Of a stretch of 63,215 nucleotides of DNA, positions 18,341 to 29,296 are shown piece by piece (the first letter of the stretch is position 1; every line of letters begins with the position of its first letter). This DNA is from an uncultured virus (IMG/VR IMGVR_UViG_3300028797_000117) (taxonomy: Duplodnaviria; Heunggongvirae; Uroviricota; Caudoviricetes). Position numbers and translations under genes: made by a program. The notes under the pieces were generated by a model, which did no database searches, was not told the DNA's origin, and saw nothing but the letters and a program-made list of their open reading frames with translations. Location of the stretch: IMG/VR virus record IMGVR_UViG_3300028797_000117; one strand, written 5' to 3'.

Positions 18341-20086
18341 TTATTCCTCCTTGAATTCATATGCATAAATATTGTTCTTATTATCTATTATACCACTATT
18401 TTTATACATTGTCAAAACATCATTTGCAGATAACGCAGTAGCATAAACGCGGAAATCACTTATTGAACCATTAAATTGATGTCCACTTTGGCGGCCTCCA
18501 ATATCTAAAGTACTATTAGCATATACAGTTCCATCTGTTGCTACTTGACTTTGATAAACTCCATTAACATATAAACTTAATGTTTTAGCAACACTATCAT
18601 GAACAAGAACAATATGTTGTCATGTGTTATCAGTACAACTTCAAGTCCCTACTGATGCACTTCCGCTAGCAGGATAAATAAAATATCTAGCATTTTCTAA
18701 ACATATCGAAGTATTATAACTTTCTTTACTTGCGTAATAAGTTGTCCCACTTTGTCTATTAAATCAACCGCTAATAGTAAAATCTTTAGATGCTGCTAAT
18801 ACAGCTCCTGCAGGTGAATCTAATAAAGCATTAGTCCCAAAAAGAATACTATTTTCATATCTAGGAGTGTCTTTATTAAGAGTTAAAGTCCCTATCTTAG
18901 TAGCTGAATAATTATTTCCACTAACATCTGTTGTTAAACTTTCATTTCAATTATAAGAATAAGGAACTCAATCAGTAGCTTCTTGTCCTAATTCAAATTT
19001 AAAATTACGTAAATATCAAGTTGTAGGTTCTGTATCTGACATAGTTCTTAATCCTATTTTTGAACTTTCATATAAATCTGTACTTGTAGTATTACTAGCA
19101 TTAGCATTTTTAGAACCAAAAACACATTTAGTTCAAACTCCAGCGGGAATAGTTTTAGTATTAGTTAAACGGACGCTTGTTAAATCATTATCATTTCCGC
19201 TTGGATTCCATTGAGAAATATCATTAGAATAATTATTATAATCTACTACTAATACATGTTCAGTAGGGACATATACTTCAAAAGAAAACCTATAAAAAGA
19301 ATTATAAGGAACTATACATTTTTGTGTAGACCCAATATTAACTCCATACCCTCAAGTACTATCTCCTACAGGGGAAACTATTGTATATGTATGAGTGTTT
19401 GAATTAAAAGTAATAGAAGATGCTCCTGCATTAACTAAAAGATTATCTATCGCTAAATTATTATTTATACTGTGTCCCCCTAATTTATAATGACAAATTA
19501 AGCCCTTACTAATTTCTTTAATTTGTTTTTGACTTAAACATTCATCATAAATTCTTAAATCATTCATGCCTCCAACCATATTATTAGTTTCTCCAATATG
19601 GAAATAATTATTAATATATCCACCTAAACCGACATCTGTATAAGTTAATACGCCATCTATATAAGTATAACAATATTCTCCATCATAACTAAAACCACAA
19701 TGATGTCATTCCCCTTTTTGTTCTTCTGTAATTAAAATTCTACTACCTTGAGTAATAGCATATGGGGTATTATTATGAAATGAACAGGCCCTTGTTGTTT
19801 TTGTTGCTTCAAATCTAAAAGGCGAGGCACTTGTACCATCTGCTTGAACAGATGTAAAACTTAATGAATCTGCTCAATCTGAAGAACAACTATCCACTTT
19901 TAATCAAAATAAAATTGTAAAATTATCCATTTTTGGAAGACCAGTAAAACTAACTCTTGGAGTTAAACTAATACATTTTCCAATTTTCCCATTATCTAAA
20001 AAAGTAGGCGTACCACTTGGAATAATTGTACTTAAACCTTTATTTTCTAAATTACCATTAAGAGGTAACCAAACACGTAAAGCCAT
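18341..20086 (-). CDS. LamG/concanavalin-A-like lectin tail protein, TGA=Trp
   Basis: MALRVWLPLNGNL, WHHCGF, YIDG, MNDLRIYD.CLS, second LamG domain FNGSISDFRVYATALS; joins track ORFs 19904-20167 and 19352-19579. Confidence 0.85.
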
Positions 20087-20099
20087 GTTTAATCGCCTC

Positions 20100-21839
20100 C
20101 TAACTAAATACAAACTCAATACATTTATCCGTTGAGTTATATTGCATTGTTGCTGAAGTCCCACCAACTTGAACTGATTTTGTAGTTAATACTCCACTAG
20201 TTGTATACACTTCATTATCAGAATATGTTTGTGGGTTTGCAGCTTGACTTGTTGCACCAATTAAATATATTTTACTTGATATATCAGTTGAACCTGCAGT
20301 ATTTTTAGTATCTGTATAGCATCCACTAGGAATTGTTCCACTTAATTTTGTAGCGTCAAGAGTTGAACTCGATGTTAATGGGGTAATTGTATTGCTTCCT
20401 AAAGTAATAATTCCACTTGCAATTTTTGCATCTGTAATTCCATAACCGCTTATTGTTGTTGGATTAGTCCCCTCTGTAACATGGCCTGTTGCATTAACTG
20501 TAACAGATCTATATGTTCCTGCGGTAACTCCAGAGTTTGCATGTGATAAAGTACGAGTACCACTACTTGTAATTGCTGTATTATCATCAATAGCAATAGG
20601 ACTAGTAGCATTTAAAGTAATACTTGTTACAGTTCCACTTGGTTCATCTCCTGATGGAATTAAAACCCAAGAACTACCATCACTAATAAAAGTATCCCCA
20701 ATTTTTGCAGTTTGAGAAGCATAAGTCCCAGCTGTAATAACTTTATATGTAAAACCTTCATTACTCGCGGCGGCTGTTGGTAAACTAGTTATAGTTCCTC
20801 CTGTACCTAAAGAACCTTTAAAAATCATTGGTTCTGGTAAAGCAGTAATAGCTCCATCTACATAAGCAGTAGTTGCAACTTTAGTAGAATTATCTCCACT
20901 TGATTGAGTTGTTGCAGTAACTCCATTTGCAATAGCTCCCGATAAAATTGAAGCTGGTACTGAAGTAATATTTGCTACTCCACTTGTTGCAACTGAAGTT
21001 CCATTTACAGATACTCCTGTAATAGTACCTGTTCCTTTCCCCGCAGCTAAATCATAAGCAACCTTTACAGCTTTTGGAGTTGCCGCTAATACTTCACTTG
21101 TGCTATCAGTAGCACTACTTAATTTAGTTACTCCATAGGCGCTTGTACTGGCGGCAGGTATGTTTGCTGTTCCACTACTTGCTACATCAGTTCCATTTGC
21201 TTGAACTTTTGTAATTGTTCCAACTGAAACATTCCCAGTCCCCGTTATAGTATTATTATTAATTGTCTTAATTGATTGATGAGAAGTCAAAACTGTTCCT
21301 AAATCTACAACTCCACTAGTTCCTTTACTCGCTCCGTTCATAGTAATTCCAGTTATAGTACCAGTATTTGTTGTGTATCCTTTTCCTTCTACAAAACTTG
21401 CAACAGCTTGAGAGGTTGGAAGTTTTGATGATGTACTTGCTGAAGAAATTGTTGTTGCTATATCATTTCCAATAAGAGAAATACCTTTATAAATTTCAGA
21501 AGAAATATCATCATGATAAGATATTCAATATTCATATTGAGATCCTACCATTTCTCTTTCAATTGTAAAATATCAATTATCATCTAATCTTAATATTTGT
21601 TTTTTATCATTATTTCAATCCCCAACAGAAAGGGTTCAAAAAGAATTTAATTCTCAAAGGTCTTCTCCAATGACTATATTTCCTTTTATTTTATAAAATC
21701 CTGCTGATAAAGTATTTAAATTTATAGCTTCTTGAGAAGTCCCTGTAAGTTCTGTAATTTGTTTTTGACCACTACCACCTAAAACACGCCATTCATCATC
21801 TTTATATATATATTGTGTATAATTTTTCATTTGTGTCAT
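20100..21839 (-). CDS. tail fibre protein, TGA=Trp in N-terminal part
   Basis: ASTSAYGVTKLSSATDSTSEVLAATPKAVK fibre repeat, DNSTKVATTAYV, HANSGVTAGTY; continuous frame through the TGAs between 21341 and 21654. Confidence 0.85.
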
Positions 21840-21854
21840 CCTTTTATCTCCTTT

Positions 21855-23507
21855 CTATGTTAAAGTATGTGTATTACTATAAACATCATTCATTATATGT
21901 TCTCATTGAGAAGCTGCTCCCCATCTTCCGCTAAGGTCTCCAGTTTTTGGAGTTCTATATACTTCAATTTTGTATTGATATCTTATATCAGTAGTAGCTT
22001 CTCAATAAGTTTGAGTATAATAAGTAGTGCTACCTCTTATATTTAAAACAGGAGTTTTTAAAGTTAAAGTAGTTCCAGAATAAGAAGGCGCAGTTACTGA
22101 TTGATAACAACCATAAGATGCACTAGTATAGGCAGATGCTGTAGTAGCAGTACTTCAATATGAACATCTATGAAAAGATCCTACTGCAATCAATGAAGCT
22201 GTACGAGAAGTATAATATTTAGTTGGATCTACTAAAGTATGAATTGTATTTGCTTCTAAATCAGCTAATTCATATAAACAAGATGAAGCCATCCACTCAA
22301 ATCTTCCCTTCGCAGTAGTTGTTGTATTATAAACAGGTATTGTAAGCATTCTTATTAAAACAAAATAATTATAAGTTGCTAAATCTAAAGAAACTGTATC
22401 AGTTAAAGTTTCACTTGCTTTTAATGGTGAAGCAGTAGTTGTATAAGCAGGGATTGATACTTTTTCGTCGTCAACTATATACTTATCATAACTAACTGTT
22501 TTTATTAATTCTGCATCTGGTCTTAAAACACCAAATTTTAATGGATTACTTCCTCCTCCAGAATATGTTCCAGTGACTCCAAAAATAGAAGTTCCAGATT
22601 TTATATTCCCTGCAACTAAATTAGCATCTCCGCTAATAGTTTGATTTCCTGTTAAATAAGTCCCTGAAGCAATAGTTTGATCTGTTGTTCCAGGAGTAAT
22701 TGTATCTGCAGCCTTAGTTGTTACTGAAGCTGTTAATGAAACATCACTATTTCCTGCGGTTCCTGAACTAATATATCCTGCAGTAACACTAGGTGTTACA
22801 CTAACAGTTTTAGATAACGTTAAAGTATTTGTTCCTGAGGTTACAGTAGCAGAAGATCCACTAATTGTAGCAGGCGCCGTTGCCGTTCCACTTGAAATAG
22901 TTTTTGTTGCATCAGAACTATAATATCCTGCTGGTGCTGTCACAGTAGCTCCAGAAGCAGATAAGCTTGAAGAATTTCTTGTATTAATAGAAGCTGTTAA
23001 ACTTACAGAACTATTACCGGCAGTACCTGAACTAATATACCCAGCTGTTGTTACATTTGGAGTAACAGATATTGTTTTTGATAAAGTTAATGTATTAGTT
23101 CCAGTGCTAACTGAAGCAGAAGTTCCTGAAATAGAGCTTGGTGCTGTTACAGAACCAGAACTAATAGATGTTGTAGCTTCATTTGCATAATATCCTGCAG
23201 GCGCCGTTACTGTAGCCCCGTTTATTGCTAAATCTGTACTAGATTTTCTAGCAACCCCGCTTCCAACATAAGAAGAACTAATTGCATTAACCGTTACTTT
23301 TGATAAGGCGTCATAAGTAGGTGAATCTGCAGTTACTTCAATAGAAGATTCACTTGGAGAAACTGTTTTACTTTGATAAGTTCCTCCTCCTGTTGGGATT
23401 GCTTGTATTGCACTAGGCATTTGCGCAGGAGTATAAACATCAGAACTTCCATTTTTACTCCTGATTGCATCTGCTATATTTGTAAAAGTTTCTGTTAATG
23501 TTGTCAT
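21855..23507 (-). CDS. tail fibre-like Ser/Thr/Gly-rich protein, TGA=Trp at C-terminus
   Basis: IADAIRSKNG, TITPGTTDQTIASGTYLTGNQTI.GDANL..GNIKSG.SIFGV.G; internal duplicated repeat. Confidence 0.8.
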
Positions 23508-23836
23508 TAATAACTACCTCCTAGCGCATCTCCAACCGCTGCATCTATCATCGCTTGGACTTGTTGAGAAGTCATTTCATTAACAGTAACTGAGCTTGTC
23601 GAACTATCGGATCCAGTAAGAGTTATTGTACTCCCACTTTTAGATAGGATATAGGTAACGGTGCTTCCACCGCCACCTCCGCCTTCTCCATTTTCAATAA
23701 GATAAATAGTGTCTTCATCAATATCAGTTCCACTAGGAAGGGAATTAACAATTTCAAAGCCTAGAAGGTCTAAAGCATCAATATATTCTTTATTAACTAT
23801 ATCTTTGCTTTCATCAATAGAACTTAATATTTTCAT
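23507..23836 (-). CDS. tail-associated hypothetical protein
   Basis: 109 aa; V.SLP.GT...TIYLI module; stop overlaps next start. Confidence 0.7.
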   Translation of the reverse strand: MKILSSIDESKDIVNKEYIDALDLLGFEIVNSLPSGTDIDEDTIYLIENGEGGGGGGSTVTYILSKSGSTITLTGSDSSTSSVTVNEMTSQQVQAMIDAAVGDALGGSY

Positions 23837-23851
23837 TTTAGATCACCTATC

Positions 23852-25387
23852 CTATCCAATTACAACAACTCTATAATTTGTTCCTGTTGCTGGTGCAACA
23901 TTAAAGTCAATTTTTACAGCTGAAGTTGTTGTTCTTGTTACATCAACCATTACTTCTTCATAAGTAGTTGCATCATAAATATTCACAATTACATCTCTTG
24001 TTCCTAAATTATGTGTTATTGTAAATGATTTTGTACTTGAATTTCCTGTAATATCTCCTGCATATTTCTTTAAAATTGTAACTGCAGAACCATATTCAGA
24101 AATATGTCCGTTTTTATCAATTTTAATTGGATATACCCCAGAAGTAGTTTGCGCATTTGTTAATACATTTGTATGTCCAACAGTAATAGACCCACTTGTT
24201 GTAACTGGGCTTCCACTAACTGTTAAACCACCATTTGTATCATTAGTTATACCTACACTAGTTACAGTACCTGTATTAGTAGTATAACCTTGATTAGTAG
24301 CTCCTGTTACACGTCCATATTTATCTACTGTAATACCTTGATATGTACCAGGTGTTACAGCAGTTTTAGTTAAATATAATGTACCTGTAGATGTGATTGA
24401 TCCACCATCAGTACTTGTATCATCGCTAGTTGTATTTAAACCTGCTCCAGCAGTAACTTGAGTTACATCTGTATCATCACCAGATGGAACATAAGCCCAT
24501 GTTGGTGTAGTTGCAGTAGCAATGAATAAATCTCCTACTTTTGCGGCTTGACTTGCATAAGTACCAGCTGTAACAATTTTATATGTGTCTCCAATTTTTA
24601 CATTACTTGTTGGTAATGCTGTACCTGCAGTTCCTCCTGTACCAATAGTACCCTTAAATACCATTGCTCCAGTGATTCCGCTAATAGCAGTTGTTACATA
24701 TGCAGTAGTTGCAATTTGTGTACTATTATCTCCAACTGCGGCAGTTGGTGCAGTAGGAGTTCCAGTTAATGCTGGACTTGCAATTGGAGCATATGTTGTA
24801 GTAATTGTATTTCCGCTTCCATCTTTAACAGCTTTTTCTACATAACCAGCAGTACCATCTGTATAAGTAGTATCACTAAATGCAGTACTAGGTAATTTTG
24901 CATATTTTCCTTGAGTTGCATCCCATACATAATTATTAGAGCCTACTGCTGTTGATGATTGATTTGCGCTTTTATTTGCTGGTAATAAACCATCAGCAGT
25001 TGTACTAACATTACCTAATGCTGTTCCGTATTCAGAAATATGCCCATTTTTATCAATTTTAATTGGATAAATTCCTGAAGTTGTTTGTGCGCTATTTAAA
25101 ACATTAGAATGTCCTACTGTAATTGTTCCAGAACTAGTAATAGGACTACCAGAAACTGTTAAACCACCATTAGTATCATTGCTAACAGCAACACTTGTAA
25201 CAGTTCCTCCTCCAGTTCCCATTTCATCCCAAGTTGTACCATTAAATACTCTAAATCTATTAGTTACAGTATTAAAATAAGTTTGACCTTTATAAGGATT
25301 AGTAGGGTCTGAAGCTAAGTTTTGAATAACAGCATTTTGTAATTCGTTTTTGTTTAAATTAATATCAACTAAAAAACTCTTAGCCAT
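23852..25387 (-). CDS. tail fibre/baseplate-associated protein
   Basis: SPALTGTPTAPTAA.GDNSTQIATTAYV, VTPGTY..ITVD.YGRVT, C-terminal ITHNLGT; duplicated ~58-aa module. Confidence 0.8.
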   Translation of the reverse strand: MAKSFLVDINLNKNELQNAVIQNLASDPTNPYKGQTYFNTVTNRFRVFNGTTWDEMGTGGGTVTSVAVSNDTNGGLTVSGSPITSSGTITVGHSNVLNSAQTTSGIYPIKIDKNGHISEYGTALGNVSTTADGLLPANKSANQSSTAVGSNNYVWDATQGKYAKLPSTAFSDTTYTDGTAGYVEKAVKDGSGNTITTTYAPIASPALTGTPTAPTAAVGDNSTQIATTAYVTTAISGITGAMVFKGTIGTGGTAGTALPTSNVKIGDTYKIVTAGTYASQAAKVGDLFIATATTPTWAYVPSGDDTDVTQVTAGAGLNTTSDDTSTDGGSITSTGTLYLTKTAVTPGTYQGITVDKYGRVTGATNQGYTTNTGTVTSVGITNDTNGGLTVSGSPVTTSGSITVGHTNVLTNAQTTSGVYPIKIDKNGHISEYGSAVTILKKYAGDITGNSSTKSFTITHNLGTRDVIVNIYDATTYEEVMVDVTRTTTSAVKIDFNVAPATGTNYRVVVIG

Positions 25388-25412
25388 TTTTCTTTTTCCT
25401 CCTTTTGAATGT

Positions 25413-25877
25413 TTAATTTAAAGTTGCATTTCCTTTAAAAGCACCTTTAAAAGTTATTGTAATTTGGTTAGCAGTATCATAAGTAACTTCCCCAATTACT
25501 TCTGAACCAGAACTATCAATAACAGAGACAGCAGGGTATTTATTTAAATTATGAACTATAACCCAAGTATCTAAAGATTCATTTTGAGTAAAGTAAAAAG
25601 TTTTATCATTTTCTATACCTAAATCATCTAAAGATTTGTCTCCAGTTAATTCAACCCCATTAATTTGAGGCTTGTTTCTTAACTTATTATAATCTCTCGT
25701 ACCAGAATAGTTAGAAAGATTAAGTTGCCCTTTTAAAGGAGCTTCTGAATCAATTTTTCCATTTAAATTTTCTTCTCCTACAATAGAACCTTGTAAATTT
25801 TCTCTTGCGGTGATATCACTATTTAAATCAGGAATAATTTCACCATTTCTATCTACCTCTATTTGCCCAGTTATCAT
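25413..25877 (-). CDS. tail-associated protein
   Basis: DYNKL.NKPQINGVEL.G and W.IVHNLNKYPAVSVIDS modules typical of phage tail appendages. Confidence 0.7.
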   Translation of the reverse strand: MITGQIEVDRNGEIIPDLNSDITARENLQGSIVGEENLNGKIDSEAPLKGQLNLSNYSGTRDYNKLRNKPQINGVELTGDKSLDDLGIENDKTFYFTQNESLDTWVIVHNLNKYPAVSVIDSSGSEVIGEVTYDTANQITITFKGAFKGNATLN

Positions 25878-26251
25878 TAGTTAAAGTCACTTCCTTCAGG
25901 GAAGAGAATAAACATCTTAGGCCCTTTATCATCAAAACCTAAAATAGTTTGTTCTTTATTTAATTGAATTTCATACCAATATTGAGCAGGCATATTTATA
26001 ACTGGTCCTACCTTAGTATCTTCAGGTTCCAACTCAATTGTAACAACAGTCTGCCCATCATTTTCTACAATGACCTCTTTATAAATAATTGGGTCTTTTT
26101 GATAAGAGTTTGTATTGTAAACAGCAAAAGTAATAACATCTCCTTGTTCAAATTCATAATCTTCTTCCTTTGAAATTGGAATAGTTAAATCAATAATACC
26201 GATGTCTCCACGATTTATTAAAATTTGATTTTTATTAATTATTTTAAACAT
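25877..26251 (-). CDS. BppU-like baseplate upper protein (putative)
   Basis: INRGD...Y.F...D.I.F.V...I.L.PEDT...Y.YEIQL pattern; first gene of the minus-strand tail block. Confidence 0.55.
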   Translation of the reverse strand: MFKIINKNQILINRGDIGIIDLTIPISKEEDYEFEQGDVITFAVYNTNSYQKDPIIYKEVIVENDGQTVVTIELEPEDTKVGPVINMPAQYWYEIQLNKEQTILGFDDKGPKMFILFPEGSDFN

Positions 26252-26447
26252 ATTATTCTTTCCTCCCTTCTATAAATATTAAATTTTAAAAATAAAGAAC
26301 AAATATTGGGAAAATATTTCTTTAATAGAAATAGTTTTTATCTCTAAAAAAGGGAATATTAAAACACTTTCCTTTTCTAAAAATATTTAAAAATAGAAGT
26401 AATATTGTTAATTTAATCTGACCTATTAACTTGCTTTCTCCCTAAAT

Positions 26448-26476
26448 TTGAATATATAAAAATTTTATTATATAAT
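26448..26476 (+). promoter_or_regulatory. sigma70-type promoter of the TROVE-like gene
   Basis: TTGAAT-17-TATAAT. Confidence 0.7.
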
Positions 26477-26531
26477 TATTATATAATTAAAAAGAAAGGG
26501 TTATCTTGAAAAAGATAAATAGGTGAAAATT

Positions 26532-28052
26532 ATGGACAATAGTAATAGTATACTAAAAACATTAACAGACATATACAATGTTAAACTAACTGAAAATGGC
26601 GGAAATGCCTATAAATCTACTCAATCTAAAATATATGATATGTTTGCTTTCGGTGGTGCTTATAGAACTCGTTCTATAGATGACACTATCTTATTATTTA
26701 AAAATGCCTATGAAGAAGATAGAGTGTTGGCTTTACAATGCCTATTTTATTTAAGGGATATCCGCGGTGGACAAGGAGAAAGAAGATTTTTTAGAATTTG
26801 TTTCCATTGGTTATGTAATAATCATCCAGAAGATGCTAGAAAATTATATTCTTTAATCCCAGAATATGGTAGATATGATGACTTATGGTATGCAACTGAA
26901 GGAACTTATTGTTGGAGAAATACTCTTGCATTAATTGAAGACCAATTAGCATTAGACTTAGACTCAAAAACTCCAAGTTTATTAGCAAAATGGTTACCAT
27001 CAGAAAATACTTCAAGTTATGAAACTAAACAAATGGCAAGAACAATCCGCAAAGGATTAGGATATACATCAAGACAATATAGAAAAATTTTATCAACTTT
27101 AAGAGAAAGAATTAAAGTTGTAGAAAGACTTATGTCTAAAAATTTATGGGATGAAATCGAATTTGATAAAGTTCCATCAAAAGCAGGTTTAATTTATAAA
27201 AATGCTTTCGCTGAAAGAGATATTACAGCAAAGAGATATGAACATTTTATTAAATCTGAAAAAACAAAAGTAAATGCAAAAACATTATATCCATATGATG
27301 TAGTTGCTAAGGCTTTAGATTGTAATATTATGAATGATGTAGATAGATTAGCTATTGAAAAATATTGGGAAAACTTACCTAATTATATCAATAATAATAA
27401 AAACATTCTAGCTGTTGTAGATACTTCTGCATCAATGAGAGGTTATAGCGCAGATGCACCAATTAATGTAGCTATCAGTTTAGGTATATATGCCGCTGAA
27501 AGATTAAATGGAGCATTTAAAAATCACTATATATCATTCTCAAGAAAACCAAATTTAATTGCTATTGAAGGAACAGATTTTGTTGATAAAGTAAGAAGAA
27601 TATATAAAACTAACTTATGTGAAAATACAAACTTAACAGGTGTATTTGACTTATTAAAAAATATCGCATGGACAGTTCCAGGAGCTAGATATGATTTACC
27701 TGATACAATAGTAGTTATATCAGATATGGAAATAGATTCTGCAACAGGAAGTTATTATTGGAAAGACCCATATGACAGCGTAAATAAATGGTCAATAGAT
27801 AATGCGGCTAGTGAAATGGAAAAAATAAGAGCTGATTGGGCAATGTATGGACTTAAATTACCTAAATTAGTATATTGGAATGTTCAAGCAAGACAAAATA
27901 CTATATTAGATAAAGGTCCAGATGTAACTTTTGTTTCAGGATGCAGCCCTATTATATTTGAACAAATATGTAAAGACGTTACCGGATATCAATTAATGCT
28001 AGATAAATTAAATTCAAAAAGATACGCGGAAATAATTAATAAACTACAATAA
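26532..28052 (+). CDS. Ro60/TROVE-related protein (DUF2828-type) with C-terminal vWA domain
   Basis: TENG, LFYLRDIRGGQGER, IPEYGRYDDL, SLLAKWLPSE, VVDTSASM (MIDAS DxSxS), VISDME, VYWNV, VSG.SP. Confidence 0.85.
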   Translation: MDNSNSILKTLTDIYNVKLTENGGNAYKSTQSKIYDMFAFGGAYRTRSIDDTILLFKNAYEEDRVLALQCLFYLRDIRGGQGERRFFRICFHWLCNNHPEDARKLYSLIPEYGRYDDLWYATEGTYCWRNTLALIEDQLALDLDSKTPSLLAKWLPSENTSSYETKQMARTIRKGLGYTSRQYRKILSTLRERIKVVERLMSKNLWDEIEFDKVPSKAGLIYKNAFAERDITAKRYEHFIKSEKTKVNAKTLYPYDVVAKALDCNIMNDVDRLAIEKYWENLPNYINNNKNILAVVDTSASMRGYSADAPINVAISLGIYAAERLNGAFKNHYISFSRKPNLIAIEGTDFVDKVRRIYKTNLCENTNLTGVFDLLKNIAWTVPGARYDLPDTIVVISDMEIDSATGSYYWKDPYDSVNKWSIDNAASEMEKIRADWAMYGLKLPKLVYWNVQARQNTILDKGPDVTFVSGCSPIIFEQICKDVTGYQLMLDKLNSKRYAEIINKLQ

Positions 28053-28140
28053 AAGATAATAATTGATTTTATTATCTTTTTTTTATATAATATTTATATA
28101 AATGAAAATTTATAAAAATTTTAGAAAGGAAAGTGATAAG

Positions 28141-28473
28141 ATGAATATGTCTCAGAGTCGCTTCTTTTGTACTGAATGCGGAAATGAAGGACTACCTATA
28201 ATGAGACCTAAAGGTCAAATGAGAGAGCCTGGACATTTAAAAAAATTATATTGTATTCATTGTAAAAAAGAAGTAAATCATGCAGAAATAAGAGAAATAG
28301 GTGGATACACAGAAGAAGATTTTAGAAGAGAATTTGAACTCGGTCGTTTTAAAGATGGACAAAGAGATGAAGTAGGGAAATTGTCTCAATGTACTTGTAG
28401 CTCATGTCCATATAATATAAACAAAAGATGTTGGAATTCAAATAGAGAATTCGATTGTAAACACAGAAGATAG
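28141..28473 (+). CDS. zinc-ribbon protein with bL33-like Cys/His spacing
   Basis: CTEC-x24-CIHC-x5-HAEIR plus extra C-terminal Cys cluster; promoter TTGATT-17-TATAAT at 28063-28091. Confidence 0.7.
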   Translation: MNMSQSRFFCTECGNEGLPIMRPKGQMREPGHLKKLYCIHCKKEVNHAEIREIGGYTEEDFRREFELGRFKDGQRDEVGKLSQCTCSSCPYNINKRCWNSNREFDCKHRR

Positions 28474-28486
28474 GAGTTGATGAAAT

Positions 28487-28939
28487 ATGTGTAAAATGTA
28501 TGTAATGATAGGCGCGCCAGGATGTGGTAAATCCTACTATATTAAACAACATTTAAAAGATAATGAAATAGTTATATCAAGAGATGCTATTAGATTTAGT
28601 TTGTTAAAAGATAATGATGCTTATTTTTCAAAAGAAAAACAAGTTTACACAGAGTTTATAAAACAAATTAATGCGGCAATAGCCGATGATAGAGACTTTT
28701 ATGTGGACCAAACCTCCCTAAACCGAGGCGCCCGCAGTAAGTTATTTAGTCATTTAGAGAAAAAACCTAATCAAATTATCGGCATATATTTCACAACTCC
28801 TCTTGAAACTATTTTAGAAAGAAATGCTCAAAGAACTGGTCGTGCATTAGTGCCTGAAGATGCGGTTATAAATATGTATGATTCAATTCAAGAGCCAACA
28901 ATAGCAGAAGGTTTTACAGAAATATGGGAGGTAGAATAA
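28487..28939 (+). CDS. P-loop kinase, polynucleotide-kinase-like (AAA_33)
   Basis: GAPGCGKS, SRDAIR, VDQTSL, RNAQRTGRALVPED, P...EGF. Confidence 0.85.
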   Translation: MCKMYVMIGAPGCGKSYYIKQHLKDNEIVISRDAIRFSLLKDNDAYFSKEKQVYTEFIKQINAAIADDRDFYVDQTSLNRGARSKLFSHLEKKPNQIIGIYFTTPLETILERNAQRTGRALVPEDAVINMYDSIQEPTIAEGFTEIWEVE

Positions 28940-28940
28940 T

Positions 28941-29105
28941 ATGTGGTTTTTTGAAGTGAAATATGGAAATAATTGCGCAGTAGGCGGACATTTTTATTCA
29001 CGAGAAGAAATGTTTGAATGGTTTGACTCTCATTTAGCCTACTATACTTTTGAAGATAATTTTTATGATTTACACATTTGGGAAACAAAAGAGGAGGAAG
29101 AATAA
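28941..29105 (+). CDS. small hypothetical protein (54 aa)
   Basis: GGAGG RBS, MWFFEVKYG..., fills the operon gap. Confidence 0.6.
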   Translation: MWFFEVKYGNNCAVGGHFYSREEMFEWFDSHLAYYTFEDNFYDLHIWETKEEEE

Positions 29106-29296
29106 TGAAAGAAAATAATATTCCTTTTATCTATATATCTAATGAATTAAATAAAGAAACTTATAAATCTAGTTTAATTCTTGGGAATATAACAATTAAT
29201 TTAACTCAAAGTTTTAATTGGTTTCAAAGATTATTAATAAAATTAATTTTTGGTTTTAAAATAGAAAGGATTAATATAAATGAAAAAAATATGTAG
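29105..29296 (+). CDS. hypothetical protein
   Basis: GGAGG RBS; FNWFQRLLIKLIFGFKI. Confidence 0.7.
   Translation: MKENNIPFIYISNELNKETYKSSLILGNITINLTQSFNWFQRLLIKLIFGFKIERININEKNM

Noticed and set aside
10195..22157. Apparent pseudogenes or fragmented ORFs across the tail and GT region
   Set aside because: The interruptions I traced are in-frame TGA at Trp-compatible positions, and frames run from RBS-ATG to TAA/TAG without shifts.
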